Source of the DNA: the human T2T-CHM13v2.0 reference genome, Homo sapiens
Assembly (NCBI GenBank): GCA_009914755.4
Contig: CP068257.2
Span: 7,936,001 to 8,000,000 of the forward strand
DNA length: 64,000 nt
Direction of reading: 5' to 3'
Shown: in pieces, positions 61,986 through 64,000 of the stretch
Layout: the number at the start of each line of letters is the position of its first letter
Numbering within the stretch: position 1 is the stretch's first letter
Translations under genes and position numbers: made by a program
Notes under the pieces: generated by a model
The model's database searches: none
Told to the model about the DNA's origin: nothing
What the model saw: the letters and a program-made list of their open reading frames with translations, nothing else

Positions 61986-64000
61986 TTTAGGCATGATCTA
62001 TAGGGTACGATTATCTAACTCACATCTCTAGCAAAGTCAACTTGTCAGTGCCTACTTGATGTCTCCACTTGGATTCTAACTAGCGTCTTAATTTAAGATT
62101 AAAAAAATGTAAAATCAATCACACATATGCACCTACCCACACCTCTGTCACTTGCAAACTGCCTCATGTCATCAAGATGTTGCCATATCACTAAAAGTGA
62201 CCATAATCCCCCATGTCCCTAAATCCAAATACCTTGATATAATTCTTGCTCAGTAAATTCAATCATCTTCAAATCAACTTCCAATCTCAACTGATTTTCT
62301 CCAACTTTATTGCTACAATCATAATCCCAACCACCATCATCCTTCAACTGGACAGGTGCTAAATGAACCCCTTCCTTCACTATTGTACCCTTCCACAATA
62401 GTACACCCTCCTAAGAGCTAACCTCATCATATCACATATCCATCATACACTTTTCAATGTAGTTAATTTATATTCACACTTTGATATAAGATCTAAATTT
62501 GGTCCCTGAGGGCACTCATGTAATATCTCTCCATGCTCTTCCTTCATGGACATTCCAGCCAAACTGGCCTTCTTTTCTTTGTAAGAAACTATCAAGCTGT
62601 CTTTTTAAATTACAGAACTTTATATCTGCCCTTCTTTCCACTCAGAGCACCCCAGATCTTCAAAGTACCTTCCTATTTGTCTCCATTCAACTCTCAAATG
62701 AAATATTACCTCCTCAGAGAGAAAAATTCTCTGAAATACCTATAGCCTGATCAGTGCCTTCCTACTTGCCAGTTTTACTCAGCCATGTTATCACATGTAA
62801 TCGTCTTCATAGTAGTGTACCTTATAGCCCTTCACACCATTGCTTTGTTTAGGTATTTGTATGTCTTCATCCTCTTTCCCTCCTCACTACAGCATAGCCA
62901 ATTGTGTCTTTGCCTTCTTCACTGCTATATCCCCTAGTGCCTGGTAGGCTTTCTATAAATAGCCATTTATTGACTTATTGACTACATGTATATGCTAATC
63001 CTTTTTACTAATTTGTGTTATACTATATATTTCTTTTCTCCCTCTCTTTGCTTCCCTCTCTTCTCATGTCCCTTGATGCTTCCTACTCAATATTAACATG
63101 TGCATCATTTTGTGTCTTCAGCATTTCTCTTTTCATTATATTATGATAGGTTAATTTTCCTAAGAAGACACTATTTTGACAAAAGCAAAGCATTAAAGTA
63201 AAGCAGCATAGGATCAATTTTTTCCTGGTGGAAGGAAACACCATCTTTCCAAGAAGACAATTCCGCCATGAAACAAAACAAACCAAAACATTTCTGGTAA
63301 GTCCTAGTTCCCAAGACTTGAAGCCAGTATGTTTTTCCACTTTCAAGTATCCTTGACTGTAGAGACAAAAGGTATCCACTTAGAGATATTAACTCATTAG
63401 CACTGCCTAAATTTGGGTTCCAGAAACACAACTTAATATGAAATCAATGGATGTGATAATCATTTGAAAGTAGCTTTATCAAAATCATCCGACAGAACAA
63501 GTTACTTTTCTAATTAGCATCTTCAGTTAAATACCTAAATCTGATGAATAATAAGTTATGCATTATGCTAAATTGCATTGGCTCACTATTCTAGAATGCT
63601 TTCAAATTAATTAAAAATGAGATATTCAGTAATGAGAAATATAAAAAGATAACCTATTTCAATCAGTTTAAGTTAGAATTTAACATTTCTTCAATACACT
63701 ATTTTGTAGTCAATTGCAAGAGTAATAAAGCAAAATTATTGAGTCTTTAATAGTGACCATTCAAAATTCATAATGAATTATTAGAAAGAAAACTAAGGTC
63801 CCTACCAACTTTCCACCTCACTTCAAACCATAGCCAAGGTCCTTACAACAGCAAGTAAGACTCCACACAATTCCCACTTCTTCACCTCTATTCTGTTACT
63901 TCTGGAATCTTCTACTACTCCAAATTGTGTGTTTTGCTCCAGACTCAGCAGTTCTCACTATCTTGTTCTTCCAATTGCCATCTTCTCTGTGTGGCCTTTC

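Overview
This is primate (human) nuclear genomic DNA, not a prokaryotic locus. It contains about 55 Alu copies or fragments, several L1 fragments and MIR/MER relics, and shows no operon, CRISPR or tRNA/rRNA signal. The window reads as a juxtacentromeric segmental-duplication mosaic, with these main elements: (1) A clean internal coding exon at 138-300 (+) is a paralog of KMT2C exon 7 (extended-PHD zinc finger). It carries paralog-type substitutions, and its +1 frame reproduces the C-terminal half of the BAGE2/BAGE3 cancer-testis proteins as I recall them. This marks a BAGE-family, KMT2C-derived gene copy. (2) About 37 kb of Alu/L1-rich DNA follows, containing a ~1.25 kb inverted-duplication pair (15.3-16.6 kb vs 28.0-29.2 kb, ~93% identity, each arm carrying the same Alu) and further nested local palindromes and direct repeats at 29.3-30.7 kb. 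(3) An orphan ~1.2 kb CpG island lies at 38.1-39.3 kb, with strong splice-donor motifs on both strands. (4) A U2 snRNA pseudogene fragment lies at 44.33 kb. (5) A 9.4 kb (GGAAT)n HSat II/III-type classical satellite block (50.3-59.7 kb) shows ~3.5 kb higher-order periodicity and is bounded on both sides by non-satellite DNA. The long ORFs the track reports inside the satellite, the CpG island and the Alus are compositional artefacts. The KMT2C exon-8 homolog (the BAGE2/3 stop-codon exon) was looked for but not found by eye, so this copy may be truncated or rearranged.
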